Of a DNA stretch of 58,615 nucleotides, positions 58,179 to 58,615 are shown one piece after another. The notes below the pieces were generated by a model, which saw only the letters and a program-made list of their open reading frames with translations, was not told the DNA's origin and made no database searches. Both the position numbers and the translations under genes were made by a program. Positions within the stretch are counted from its first letter, which is position 1, and every line of letters starts with the position of its first letter. Source of the DNA: a virus (lineage: Duplodnaviria; Caudoviricetes); the IMG/VR virus record IMGVR_UViG_3300024255_000031, positions 1 through 58,615 of that record; one strand, 5' to 3'.

Positions 58179-58615
58179 ATGCGCAAATTTACAGAAATAT
58201 TAATAGAATCTAAAAAGGTTTATGAATTTAAAATAGGCATTGCTGGCGAGCTACCAGATAGTTGCGAACAAACTATGCGTTCTGCGCTTGAAAAGTTTCA
58301 AATAGACAATATGTCTGCAGGCAAAAAAACACCGATACAAGAACGTCCTTTAGATTTTCCACAGCTACAAAACATGGAAGTTACATACTTTGAAGTTGCT
58401 GTTAATTATCCTACAACTACTCAAATACTACAAGAATATTTAGGAAAATGCTGCGGCATTGATCAAAGCTATATTATTGTACGTAAACCCGGCGAACCGC
58501 AAGAACAGTATCAGCAAGAACCAGAACAAACAGAATATGATGTTCTTTTAACTAAAGAAGACTTAGGTGGCGAAAGTGCTCAAGAATCGGTTGCAGGTAA
58601 TAGAGTAATGGACTT
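58179..58615 (+). CDS. Partial hypothetical (head-associated?) protein running off the window
   Basis: AGGA RBS, then ATG CGC AAA TTT... = MRKFTEILIESKKVYEFKIGIAG..., open to the window end. Absent from the supplied ORF track. Confidence 0.65.
   Translation, partial: MRKFTEILIESKKVYEFKIGIAGELPDSCEQTMRSALEKFQIDNMSAGKKTPIQERPLDFPQLQNMEVTYFEVAVNYPTTTQILQEYLGKCCGIDQSYIIVRKPGEPQEQYQQEPEQTEYDVLLTKEDLGGESAQESVAGNRVMD

Noticed and set aside
1-58615. Alternative genetic code (stop-codon reassignment)
   Set aside because: Genes up to 4017 aa are open in the standard code, and TAA, TAG and TGA all end genes at sensible boundaries.

Overview
AT-rich fragment of a large T4-like (myovirus, probably jumbo) phage genome, read in the standard code, covering the virion morphogenesis region. 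Bases 1-40 kb hold co-oriented virion/fibre genes: two paralogous pairs of giant proteins (1738/1573 aa and 2616/4017 aa), three small paralogous beta-sandwich-like proteins, a Ser/Thr/Gly-rich fibre and three tandem Gly-rich, ~10% Cys tip proteins. Bases 40-46.8 kb hold a sugar-modification cassette: GT9-like glycosyltransferase, carbamoyltransferase, GmhB, cupin, HldD, HldE and a Nudix hydrolase. Bases 46.8-58.6 kb hold T4-type gp15, gp14, gp13, dNMP kinase, HNH, sheath gp18, tube gp19, a baseplate tube-like gene, gp4 and a probable gp16. A recurrent (G/T)ATAAATA late-promoter motif precedes many genes. Best candidates for new biology: (1) a phage ADP-heptose + GT9 + carbamoyltransferase module next to Cys-rich and Ser/Thr-rich fibre genes, suggesting virion glycosylation; (2) about 12 repeats in the 4017-aa protein that match the bilin-binding KCxRDxGY..Y.L..GG helix of phycobiliproteins; (3) RNA-level controls, namely a structured 5' leader, an RBS-sequestering hairpin containing a late promoter, leaderless genes and an AUU start. 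All functional calls come from motif recognition by eye; no searches were run.
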